A DNA stretch of 64,000 nt, from contig LSRY02000001.1 of the NCBI GenBank assembly GCA_001643675.2, positions 744,001 through 808,000 on the forward strand, given 5' to 3'. Positions within the stretch are counted from its first letter, which is position 1. The number at the start of each line of letters is the position of its first letter. Under the pieces are notes generated by a model. It was not told the DNA's origin. It was given only the letters and a program-made list of their open reading frames with translations, and made no database searches. The stretch comes from Monocercomonoides exilis PA203. Its lineage: Eukaryota; Protista; Preaxostyla. Positions 13,568 through 25,022 of this stretch are shown here, piece by piece. The position numbers and the translations under genes are program-made.

Positions 13568-13821
13568 CCATGGGGTTATATTTGAAATTTTTCTTTTATT
13601 GCCAACCCTAACCCTAAAAAAAATTTTGCTAAGAAAAACCTAAAAATTTTGGTCAAAACCCTTTAAAGAAGCACTCTGTGCAAACGCTATTACAAAAGAA
13701 ACTGATATTAATTTAATAAATGATTTGATCTCTTTTTTAAAATGCAATTTTCGTGAAAATAGAAATAGAAAAATACGATATGAATAAAATTCTTATCTTT
13801 AATAAGGACTGATTGAAAAGA

Positions 13822-14868
13822 TTATTGAAAAAAATCTTTTCTTGTTCGTTTTTCAGGGACGAAGTCACTTGCATCTTCTCCATCTCCTGCACCGAAACTT
13901 AAGCTTTCTTCCTCGCTTTCTTCTTTGCTTTCGTCTTCATCTGAATTCAAGTCTTCATCCTCACTTTCTGATTCGTCATACAAAGATTCAATTGTGCGAA
14001 CGTATTCATCATCAGTGTAATCCTTTATTGCTTGCAGCAAATCTTCCAAAGTTTAGTGGAGTATTTTTTGAAATATGAATCCTGCTAAATACTCCTCGAT
14101 ATATCCTTCCCTCACTCCATGAACTGGCATGTATCTTCGAATCCGAGCCCACGTTCCTTCAATAAGATTTGTACATGCGTTTGTTTTTTTGTTTTTGTAC
14201 GTTTTCGAATGATTAACAGTTAGATGAATATATCCATGCTTTGGAAGAGATCGATATCCTTTCCATTGATCTGACATAATCGTTGTTCCAGGAAGAACAC
14301 TTCTTTTGATAAGTGGAATTAAAACACGTTCTGATCTGCTGTTAATAATGAAAACATTAAGTTTTCCTTCAGTTTCTTTTGTGCGTTCAATTAATCCAAA
14401 CATCCATATCTGTTTTTTTCTCCTTCCTCTTTTATATTTTCTTCTCCTCCATATTGCTTCGTCAACTTCAACGATTTTCCCTTCGCCACCCATCATTCTT
14501 GGATGTTTAAGCAAAAACAACTCTGCAGATCTCCTGATCATTCTGTACCATTCAACAATTGTTTGATACGATATTCCAGTGAGTGTTAAAGACTGAAACT
14601 GAGACAATCCACAATTCCAAAACAGTATTAACATGAAACATGTTGATATACGTAACCGAGTTTTTTCAAAAATTGTTCCTTTTTTCACATTAACAGAAAC
14701 TCTACAGCTTTTGCATCTGAATCTTCTGCAAGAAGAGTTGTCCCGTTGAAGTATCATTTTTTTCTTGCATGAACTGCACTCCATGAAAGATGGAAATATA
14801 TCATGTTCAATAGCATATTTCCATGTTTTTTCATCATTCAAAAAGATCTCCAAAAGTTTACTTGTCAT
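13822..14868 (-). CDS. Merlin/IS1595 DDE transposase
   Basis: CSSC..CKSC zinc ribbon, GGEGKIVEVDE, PGTTIMSDQWKGY, HLTVNHS, TNLIEGTW. An acidic tail (13822-14049) is in frame after one TAA at 14053-14055. Confidence 0.92.
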
Positions 14869-15197
14869 TTTTAATGGTTCAGATCAATTGGTACCAGGAC
14901 ACTTGAATTATACCATGAAACTTATTAAAGATTGAAAATTTATATTCTTCGAACATCAAAAAGTTCGCACGACCGAATTATACTCAGCAAAAAAGAAAAT
15001 GCTTTATATACGAACAATTATGGTTATTTTCGAAAATTGAATCAATCCAAATTTGCGTATTAAAAATATAACAGAAAATGATGATTTATCATATTGATTA
15101 ATTTCCAATGCATTTAAAAAGTTATCCCACAAAAATTCCAAAAAAAGATCAAACATTGAACGAGATTATTATCTCAAAAAAATACCAATATTTTCTC

Positions 15198-16167
15198 TTT
15201 CAAATGTATCTATAAACCTTGATTCGTCTCCGAATTCTCTGCTGTTAACGAATTTTGTAAAATATGGAAGTTTATGAGGCAACACGCGACTGAGAAGAAG
15301 TCTGACACCTTCTCAACTACAAACATCCATGGTCTTCGAAAGATTGAAAACTCTGTTTTCAATCGACCAAAGAATTTTTCCACAATGACTCGATTTGTAG
15401 CCAGCTCAGGTGTGCCAACAGGCTTGGTGATAATTGCATCGAGATCTGGGCGAGCTCCGATGTAGGCTGAGTCTGCAAGAATCTTCGATCCACCTAGCTT
15501 TGGTACAAATTGGGGGTAGTGGTCTTTGAATATTGTGAAATCGTGCGTTGATCCCGTATATATTGAACTTATCGTGCTGGTAGTCCCGATCCTGGGATTT
15601 ACACCAACTTCAGCTTTTTCACAGTAAATGTGATGCTTTCCGCTGAAGTACTTCTTCCCGAATTCCAGCCTTCATCCTGGCCTATTCGTGGGAATGACGA
15701 TGCAGTCGACTACGAGGCCAACTTTTTTCATTGATTCGATTCTGTCACGACGAAATGACAGAAACAAATCAGCTAATGGAGCTTTAAGACGAGAAGTTGT
15801 TGAGTGAAGGAGTCGAATAGACGAGTTTGTAATTGAGTTTTGGTGATGCGATGGTGTGTGTTAAAGTGCAGGAGCCTTGATGAAGAACATTCAATAAAAG
15901 AAAAAGTTGTTCTATTTATGTGTCGATGGATTTTGTTTGTCCTCGACGAGGAAGAGCATCGTCAGGAAGAAGATGAAGAAGAAAGTCGAACTTTGAAAAA
16001 ACGAAGCCGGAAAGCCTGAAGAAGGCACGAGACGGATCTTTCATCAATATGCATGCGATGTCGATAATAGAAGGTTGATCAGGAGTTTGAGTGGATTCCA
16101 AGTGTTCTGGAATAGCGTTTCTTTTTTCCACGCTTTTTAGAATTTCCAAGAATGATTCTTGTGACAT
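15198..16167 (-). pseudogene. 5' and catalytic part of copy-2 Harbinger-type transposase
   Basis: Minus strand reads VVDCIVIP, YFSGKHHIYC, GSTHDF, ILADSAYIG, RVIVEKFFGRLK. The N-terminal ORF 15916-16167 matches 1464-1667. Confidence 0.9.
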
Positions 16168-17759
16168 CTGAAAATTTTTAAATAACTACAAAATGAATCA
16201 AACCCATTTTTTGAAAATATATTGAGAAAGATCAAAAACCCAGAATTTGTTTAATTGGTCATGACTTAATCAAATCGGTTTTGAGTCGATCTTTTTGGTA
16301 TTATGTACCACTTTTAGGTATTAGTCAAAGCTAATACTGCATGAGTAAGTAATTTCGTTTAAGGTCAAGTGTGTAAAAAAACAGGGACATGTCATAAACC
16401 AGGAACTCTATAATTTTTATTTTTTTTTTTTTTTCTGCAGAGTATTTTTCATGTCTTATCAACCATTTGACATGTGAATGCTTTTATAATTAAAAAGAAA
16501 ACTTACAAACATCGCATTGTTTCAAAAAAAATAAGAAAATTTTACAAAATTAAAAAAAAAAGCTCCGCACTCATTCATTAAAAAATAAACATAACATAAT
16601 TTGAATTTGAATTCCAACTAAACTAACAATGATACTTAAAAAACAAAATGTTTAAAAACAGATAGAAAGAACTTTTTTATAAAAATAAAAGCATTTGATT
16701 ATGATAACAATGATCAATTTCTCACAAACAGTTTGTAAAAAAAACATTTGAAATTTTTCAAACGACATGAATAGAGAACAAAATTTCCACCGAAGGATAA
16801 AGAAAAGACTCAGGCTTTTCTTTAATTTTTGATCATTTTTGTTTGATGCAACGACAAGGCCTGGTTTGACTTCAGGAGTTGTAAAAAAACACTTCTTCTT
16901 GATTAAAAATATATTCCGATTTGCACTGATGGTCATCAAATAATTGTCTGTCTTTTTTCATATCAAGAAAAAGGCATTCCTTTGTTGAATGAGAAGCTAT
17001 CGCGACAAATAAATGAATGGGATGTGCAAAGAAAAGGTCCTCGTTCGACTTGATAAAAGAATATGGCCAAGTGCGGCACACATGAATGCTCTGAGTTGGC
17101 TTGTGTTGATCTTCGGATATGACTTCTATTGCCTATTAAAAATATGTAAAAAGATATAAACACAAAACTTTAAAAAAAGAAAGAAAGAAAGAAAAATTAA
17201 ACTATGTCTCTCACTTGTCTTGCACACGGAAAAGCACCAAGTTGCACTTTATCAAATATTTTTGTGAAGTATATAGTTTTGTTTCGCTTGTTCAGAATTA
17301 GTGGACTTTTTATTCTGCAAATGTCCCTTCCTTCCTTCCTTGCCTTTGCAGTTCGATAGAAACTGCTTTTCGTAACTATTCCGTTCTAAAATAAATCTGT
17401 AGTCCTTAACTACTTCGATACCATTGCATCCAACAATACAAGCAACTTCTCTTCCCTGTCGACTGTATTGATTACAATGTCATGGTAATCAAGCGTCATT
17501 GAATCATTCTCTCCATCAACAGTCTTTTAGCTTGTATTTTCTTGATGATTTTCATTTTTAAGATATTCATCAATTTTTTCATCGTCGCAAAAACAAAGCA
17601 AAAAGGAAATATCAACAATGATTTGATTAAGGTTCCTTTATTCGTTTCCATAATAGAAATATCATAACTTTTTTTGAAAGAAAATTTCAATCGATAATTT
17701 TTATTTTTCAACTTGAAGAAGTGTTCAGTTTATGCATAATCATGCAAAGTGAAATGTGA

Positions 17760-20360
17760 CAGATTAATGTGATTTTCTCATTTCATAAAGACAAATTTTC
17801 GTTGGCGAATGAAGCTGGGTTTGTGACCGATAGATTTGAGGGGTTCAGAAGTTGCCAAGCCATCTGGTTGATGGAAGAGATGAGGGAAGGTTGCTGAGGA
17901 GGTGGAGGAGAAGGAGATAAAGAAGGAGATACAGATGGAGTTATAAGAGATAGAGAAGGAGTTTATTGGGTGGAGATGTAAGCAGAAGTGAGCGGAGGTG
18001 AAATTGGTGCAGAAAAAGATGAGAGCTCAGCAACTGCTGCTGCTGATGTTGAAACAGCATCTGTATTCTGTTGGACTGCACTCAATGAAGACACAGAATT
18101 CTACTCCTTATGAGGTGTAAGTGAAGAAAGAGGCAAAGATGATGAGTGTGTTCTCCTATCCGCATAGTCCACACTCACTGTCATTTGCTCTATGAACATC
18201 TTCCGCTGCGTAGACACAACATCTGCTTTGCGAAATCCGTCCATTCCATTCTTGTCTGCCAAAAACAGAAAGCCTCCGACTGTTCCTTTAGGCTGCCTCT
18301 GCTGCTCAGATGTCACGATTATCTCGCTGGATGGAGCAGCAAATGGATTGATGCTTATCTCACATGAAGAATTGTTTCTTCCTGTTTGATTCTTATTTAT
18401 TTGCTGTGAATTGCAGCTTTGACTGAAAAGTGGAGTATCTGTGTAAAAATGTCTTCCTTCACAGACATTGTGCGAGCACACAAAGTCGCATCCATTTGCA
18501 TCTGAATCACACGCCAGCATTTCTGAGAAGGACATACACAGCAAAGCTAATAAGAGGGAATCCTTATTTCAAATTGTTCTTTTCAGCTCTCCTTCATCCA
18601 CAGTCGAGAAGAAGTCCTTGCTCTCTGCCAAGTCACATTCTGTTTCGAGGAGAGAAAGCATGTCAGGCGGAAGAACGGAAGCAGGAAAACTCCTTTTTTG
18701 CGCAGCACTGATGATGCGGTGCTCGAAGGAGGCTTGTTTGACAGTGCAGGAGAGGAGGAAGAAGGCATTACGGACAGAAGAAATGGAATGGTGCTGGGAA
18801 ATGAAGGTGGAATAAAAAGAGGGGAGAAGAGCGTTGGGAGAAGAAGGTGGAAGATACATCGTTGTTGGTGGAAGAGATGAAGATGATGATGTTAAAGAAG
18901 AGGAAAAGGAGGAAGATGATGAAGGAGAAGTTGGCATAACAGGAGTAAGCAATATGAAAGAAGATAAAGCAGACTGTGGATAACCCAAAGAACTGCTTTT
19001 CGCCCAAGCCTCTTCTGTACAAAAGAAATCATCTCCTTGAAAAATAAGAATGGAGACAGGATTGGATTGACTGCATCGACCAGCAGATTGAACACCTTTC
19101 GTAAGCCGCTGGTGATGATGCCTCCGTCAATCATCGTCTGCATCAGAGACGATGGGGCGGAACTGTCTACCTCGCTGATCTTCCGTATGCGGTAGCCGCT
19201 GAGCATTCAGCCAGCACCGCTGAGCAGGTGAGATGGCAGCTGGTTGCTGTTTGTGGCGTTCATGCCGTGCTGCTTGGCTGTCTTGCCTGCTCTGCTCTCC
19301 TTCTGCTGCTATGCAAACGAGAGGATTGGAGTGACAAGCAGCTCGATGTCCTTGGCGAGTGGAGAGAGGAGAGTGAAGAGAGCAGACTGGCAGATAGTGG
19401 GGGAGGAGAGGAGGACAGACAGAGGCAGGGCAGTTGTGGCAGAGACAGTCGCATATGCACCTGTATTTAAAGAACTGTTGGATATACCACACAAGTTCTG
19501 AATCTGATGTGAAGAAAATGTTGGAGCAATGATTGGTTTATAAGCATGTGATAATGATTTCTTGAATGATGATGACGAAGAATAACTTGTTCTATCTGCA
19601 CTGCAATGACCATCTTCTGCTGAAAGCGTAGCGAGTGTGGTGATCTTTTCATATTGATAATCGAACTGTTATGTGCGTCCCTTGAACCCAGGACTTTGTG
19701 CCTCGTCGACCTCGCTAAGTGTCTCGAAAACTGCCACTCCGCCGTCAATGCCTTCAATTCTGTCTGAAGGTATTTGCGGGATTGGCTGCAGCCTACTTTC
19801 CAAATAAGAATCGGCCGATTTTCTGAGAGGAGATGCAGCAGCATGCACAGAGAGAGACTTATGCGCAGAGAGGGAGCTGAGGAAGGCAGAGGGAGAGTTG
19901 TGTGAGTTTGACTGCTTATAGGGAGTGAAGGAAGAGGGGCTGTCAGCATAGCCGGGAGATGTGGTGAGTGAAGAAGAGGGACAGATGGCAGAAGAAGAAA
20001 ATGAGGTGGAAGAAGAGAATGAATGAGGAGAAAGAGGAGTGGGAGATGGAGAAGGAGGCAGGGATTGGGGAGTTGGCATGTGGGAGGAGATTGTTCGGGG
20101 TGGAGAAGAGGTGAAATGAGAAGATAGCTGGTTGAAAGGTGATGAGGGAGAAGTTGGTGAGGGCGATGGAAGCATTGGCAGAGAGGAAGAGTGAAGATTT
20201 TGTTGCTGGATTGACTTGGCAAGTGGAGGATCAGATGGAGGCAGCTGAGTGGTGTTGGGCAGTGTGGAGTAGACAACCGCAGAGAGGGATGATGTTGAGA
20301 TCGTTCACGCGCAATAAGATGTTTATGATTAGGAGATTTGCTATCAGACAGGAGAAATAA
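17760..20360 (-). pseudogene. Degraded host-like Ser/Pro-rich hypothetical gene
   Basis: GC-elevated block. Minus-strand ORFs 19669-20175, 19309-19494, 18892-19206, 18569-18988 and 18101-18544 are linked by stops and frameshifts. No domain recognised. Confidence 0.5.
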
Positions 20361-20900
20361 TTGTATATTGGATTTTCAACTTCCACGTGAGCACATATCA
20401 GTTTTGACTTTATATTGCTTATAACTGGAAAGAATTCGCAACTTTTTAATTAATAAAAGCATTCAGATAAGCGAGTATTTCATACACAATGAGAATTTTT
20501 AATTCCAAACTTAATAATGATATGAAAACAATTCAAACTTAACAAACTTGTTGTTTTTCGCAAATACTTATTTGCACATTCTTCTACATGAATTGCGGTG
20601 AATAATTACATCTGTTATTTTTGCGTTAGTTTGGATTCATCGATTTATTGAATGAAAAATATGAAAAAGCAATTATCAAAGAATAAAAAGTTAGAAAATA
20701 AAAATATAGAAAGAATATAACTAACATTCAAATGAACTGTTGAGATTTGAGTTGTTTCACTCAAATTTGTTTTTATAAGTATTAAAACTCACAAAGAACA
20801 TTTTTCTTTAAACTGAAAATGGGATCTATTTTTTCTTGATCTTTAATAATAATTAAACAGGGAATTATTCCAGGGTATTTGACACACTAAAGATGTAGTT

Positions 20901-21890
20901 GACCTTAAACGAATTGAGCGTATCAATTCGAATTGATTAAATCAAAATGTTTTTCATTTGTTTTATTGGTTTTGACTCAAGCAATTCGGTTTTCCCTCAA
21001 TCTTATTTGTGATCAAAAAATCAAAAATTATGTATCAATTTTGATCATAATTATGAGAAGTTTTTTGTGTTTTTTTATAACAGAGCAGAATGTTTTTATT
21101 AATATTTTAATATGTGAATCTTTAATATTTTATTAAAATATTTGCGTCAAGTTTATTCATGATCATAAACAATATGTCGATAGTTTCATTTCTGACTTTT
21201 TAACATGTTGATCGTTTGGAAAATGGTTTTTAATAATCAAACATTAGTTTTTTAATATTTTCTAAGGTGAAAATGTTTGTTATTTTCTTTCTTTTTTTTC
21301 AGTTTTGTTTTGAGAACATATTTTTGATTAAACAATTGTTTTCATGAAGCCTTTTTTGAATAACAAACAACTTAAGTGATATTTATTCTTTTTTCATGTA
21401 AAATGTTTGCTAAAAGCAATGTCAGAGTTATTTAAAACTTTTTTGTTGTAACTATCGTTTTTTTCTTTTCTTTTCAATAATGTTTATTTTTTTTGATTCT
21501 TTAATGATCATTAAATTTTAATCGCTTCATAACTATTTATTATTAACAAAAAATGAAAAGAACATAATCACTTTTCGAAATAATGTTTTTTTCAAATAAA
21601 AATTGAAATATGAAGAATTTTGAATAAGTCAAAACATTGAAGTTTTTGTATTTTTTATGGAAATTATTTTTATAATAATTCAAATATTATAAAATTCATG
21701 TGTTGATGAAAAATTGACAAAAACATAACTCTTTGTTTTATAGATTTTCATGTGATCATACACCCAGAATTGAATCAATCGGTCTTGACTCAATCAAAAC
21801 GATTTTGAGTACGACTTTTTGGTTTTATGAACCACTAATTGGTATTTGATTGAGCTAACAGGAATTGATTAAGTAATTTCGTTTAAATTC
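20901..21890. mobile_element. Non-autonomous ~1-kb derivative of the Harbinger-type family
   Basis: 20901-21050 matches 1821-1970 (GACCTTAAACGAATTGAGC...). 21785-21890 matches 16261-16366. No ORF inside. Confidence 0.85.
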
Positions 21891-22829
21891 TAGGTTTTCG
21901 AATTTATGACAAAAAATAAATTTTATTTAATAACATCGATTTCCTCTTCATTTTTTGGAATTGATTCAATCAAATTGGAATTTTCTCAATCTCACTTGTT
22001 CCAAAATAGAAATTACGAAATGTTTGAAATACTGATCTGATTGATTTTTTAATTTCTTTTATTATTTGATTCTTTCGTTAAGATTACTCACAAAACTTTG
22101 ACATATAGTGAGTTAATATAAAATGGATGTAGTTTTTATCAGTTTTTTTTTTTTTTAATTTTGAGATTAATATAAGTTCAAAGAGTTGAAATTTTTTTGT
22201 GGGTGTGAGAAACTTTCAATAAAGCATTCAAACAAATTTCAATGGATATTTTCTTATATTTTTTTCAATTCATAGTTGTACCGATTTATTTTTAATCAGA
22301 ATGATTTGTAAAACAATTTCAACGTTTATTTAAAATAAAACTCAAGGGAAAACAACGATTTTGTTTCATATATTTTTTATATAGGGGAAAATATGGACTT
22401 TCAAGCTTTTTATGCACAAAGCATGAAAAAATTGTTTCACTTTTAACATATATAAACTTATTCAGATTTCAAAATAAATTTGATTTTCATATCTATTTTT
22501 GAACATTATTGATATCACAACATAATGTTTGTGTTTTCAAACACATTTCGAAAAATGAATCCATTTTTGTTGTGTTTTTTAATCTCAAAAAATCAATGAA
22601 AAGTGCATAATTTTTCAATGAAAATACCTGAAGACAAATTTTTTGTCCCATATCGGAAGTGAAGTTTAAGGAATAAATGTGGAAGGTGTTTGGAATTTGT
22701 TGCAACATTATCGTCACAATGATGAGAAAAAAGAATAGTTGATGTTTCGTCAATGTTAATAATAAGTTACGGAATTAATATCGCATCATTGCACAATTTT
22801 TTAAAATTTTCAAAAAAAGGGAATAATAC

Positions 22830-23400
22830 CTTTTAACATAAATGAGCTTTTCTTCCAATAGGCAAAGATGTTGGTATCTGCAATTTGATTTTTGAATGCC
22901 TTTTCAAAAATCGATCTATCCAATGTTTGTCAACGACCTTTATATCCTCTCCTTCTTTCCGTTTTTTTAATAAATGTTCATTTGCCTTTTTTCCAATAAA
23001 CAATATAATAGACCCAAAAATAACGAAAAACAAACCATTTGAGTGATATCAGCTTTTGTTGGATATTTTCCATTCCTTATATCTTCAAGTCCGCGCTCTT
23101 CGAAGTCGGTATCTTCATGTTTGTTGAACTAGGTTGGTTTTCTGCATTTTCCAGTTTCTCTCCCACTCATTCTTGCTTTCAAGGCCAGCTGTAATGAACT
23201 TCGATAAAGAATTCCACGTGTGTCAATTTGTCGTTTTGAGAATTCCAAAATAACATGGGCTTATAGTTGTTTTTCATATGAATCACTTAAATATCGAAAT
23301 TCGTTTGTTACCGCAATCCTGATGAGGAACGGCTTTGTCTTCAACATAATGATCAAAATATTAAATTTGATTTTTGAGATCAAAGCAGTGCGGGCTTCAA
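22830..23400 (-). pseudogene. pogo/Tigger-like (HTH CENP-B) transposase remnant
   Basis: VVDKHWIDRFLKRHSKIKLQIPTSLP matches VDKHWPKWFFTRYPDLIQKPPKQLP at 30793. Confidence 0.6.
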
Positions 23401-25022
23401 GCCAGAATCAATAATAGAGCTTTTTTGAATAGAACATGTAATTTTTTATTCATCACGAAAGTTTCATAAAAAACAATCTAATGCAAATATATCCTATCTT
23501 TTTCCAAGAAGGATCAACTTTTTTTGGTCGTTTTCAGGAATTATTAAATCTTCCATGTTGATCAAACATTTTTTCACTTTTTGTTAATCTTTGTTGAAAG
23601 AAAAAATTGTGTTTCCAAACTTCAAAAGTGTGTTTGTTATGTTTCAATTAATCAGTTTCTACATTTTTTTTGTTAAATCTGTTCAAGTAGCCGAATTCGT
23701 TTGTATTCATTTTTAGTGTTTTCTATTATGTTAATTAACATTTTTCAATTTATAGAAAGCAAATTTTGCGAATTAACTGAAATCGAAATATTTTTCAATC
23801 GTCTGAGGGGATATTTTTATTGTTTTGTAAAATAATGAAATTCGCCTTGGTTCAAATAGTGCATCACATCTATTTCCAGCTTTAATGACATATTTTCATA
23901 TCTTTTTGTATAATTTTGCAATTGAATCATAATAAAAAATGGAAAAAATATCAAACAGCTTGTTTTTGTCAAAGAATCAAAATGTGTGAGTTTGTTTCTA
24001 TAATAAAAAAATAATAGCATTAATTATGACTCGATAGCAGATCCTGCAGCACGCTGGGAGTGATTCTTTTTTCTTTCTGTGTAGTTACAGAAGCAGAAGC
24101 AGCAGCAGAAGAAGAAGCAGGGAAAATTAAAAGGAAAACAATCAAATGATGGAGAATTGAAAGATCTAATTGATTTCAATTGATTTGTGTTATACCACAA
24201 TTTAGGAAAATCTTCATGATTATCACTTTCGATTTCTTTTTCTTTTTCTTTTTCGTTCATTATTTTCTTGTTTCTTTCTTTTTTTCAATGATCTTCGATT
24301 TTTCTTTTCTTTCATTTTCGTAATTTTTAAAGAAGCTTGGATTTAAGATTTTTTATAGAAATCAGAAGATTCTAAAACACAAATGATTGATATTTGTATG
24401 ATATAAAAAAATATTTGGCATTCCTATTGTCAAAAAAAAGAGATAAAAAGAAAAGCAGGCCTTCTTCTTGAGCGTGAAGGGATGTGCTTCTGGAGGCAGG
24501 TGAGGAATCTGGATTGAGTCGATTTTTAAGTCGAAATCGATATTGTTCGTTGGATCTTTGTTTTGCTTCATGTCTCTGAATGTTTAAAACTTGAAGATCG
24601 GTGATAATATGTTGATTCGTTTCCATATTGCTTGCAGTTTGTGGGTTCTGAAATATATGGAAATTTATTTGACAAGCTGCTTCAGCAAAATAACTTCCAA
24701 AATTTATCGAAATAAAATGGACTATTTTATCGAAAAACAGCAAAAATTGTTTTCATACGTCCAAAAAATCATTTGATAATAACCCTATGTATCGCCAACT
24801 CTGGGGTTCCTACTGATTTCGTAATGACTGCGCCAAATTCCAACTTCGCTCATATATATGCCGAATCTGTAATAATTTTTGATCCTCCAAGTTTTGAACA
24901 GAATATGAGATAATGGTTTTTGAAAATGGTACAGTCATGGGATTAACCAGTGTAAATGTCACTAATTGTACTAGCAGTTCAAACTTTAAAATTCACTCCA
25001 ACTTCAACTTTTGTGCAATATA

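Larger units (their letters stand above)
13433..14914 (-). mobile_element. Merlin/IS1595-family DNA transposon, young and complete
   Basis: 8-bp TSD ATGAAACT (13425-13432 and 14915-14922). 27-bp imperfect TIRs GGTAAGATTCAAGAGAGCTGGTACCAA / GGTATAATTCAAGTGTCCTGGTACCAA. The empty site is visible in the other IR arm (~3261-3268). Confidence 0.95.
11160..15175. repeat. Right arm of 2.5-kb inverted repeat, interrupted by a Merlin element
   Basis: Reverse complement of 3008-5535 once 13433-14922 is removed. Confidence 0.95.
1821..16366 (-). mobile_element. Harbinger/ISL2EU-type transposon copy 2, split by a ~12.2-kb insertion
   Basis: Termini GACCTTAAACGAATT (1821) and AATTTCGTTTAAGGTC (ends 16366). 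The transposase 5' part (15198-16167) and 3' part (2560-3000) are colinear with copy 1. Confidence 0.85.

Noticed and set aside
16368-20889. Possible TIR pair AGTGTGT(A/C)AAA flanking the Ser-rich pseudogene
   Set aside because: The match is short and degenerate, there is no clear TSD, and no convincing transposase motif in 16400-17700.
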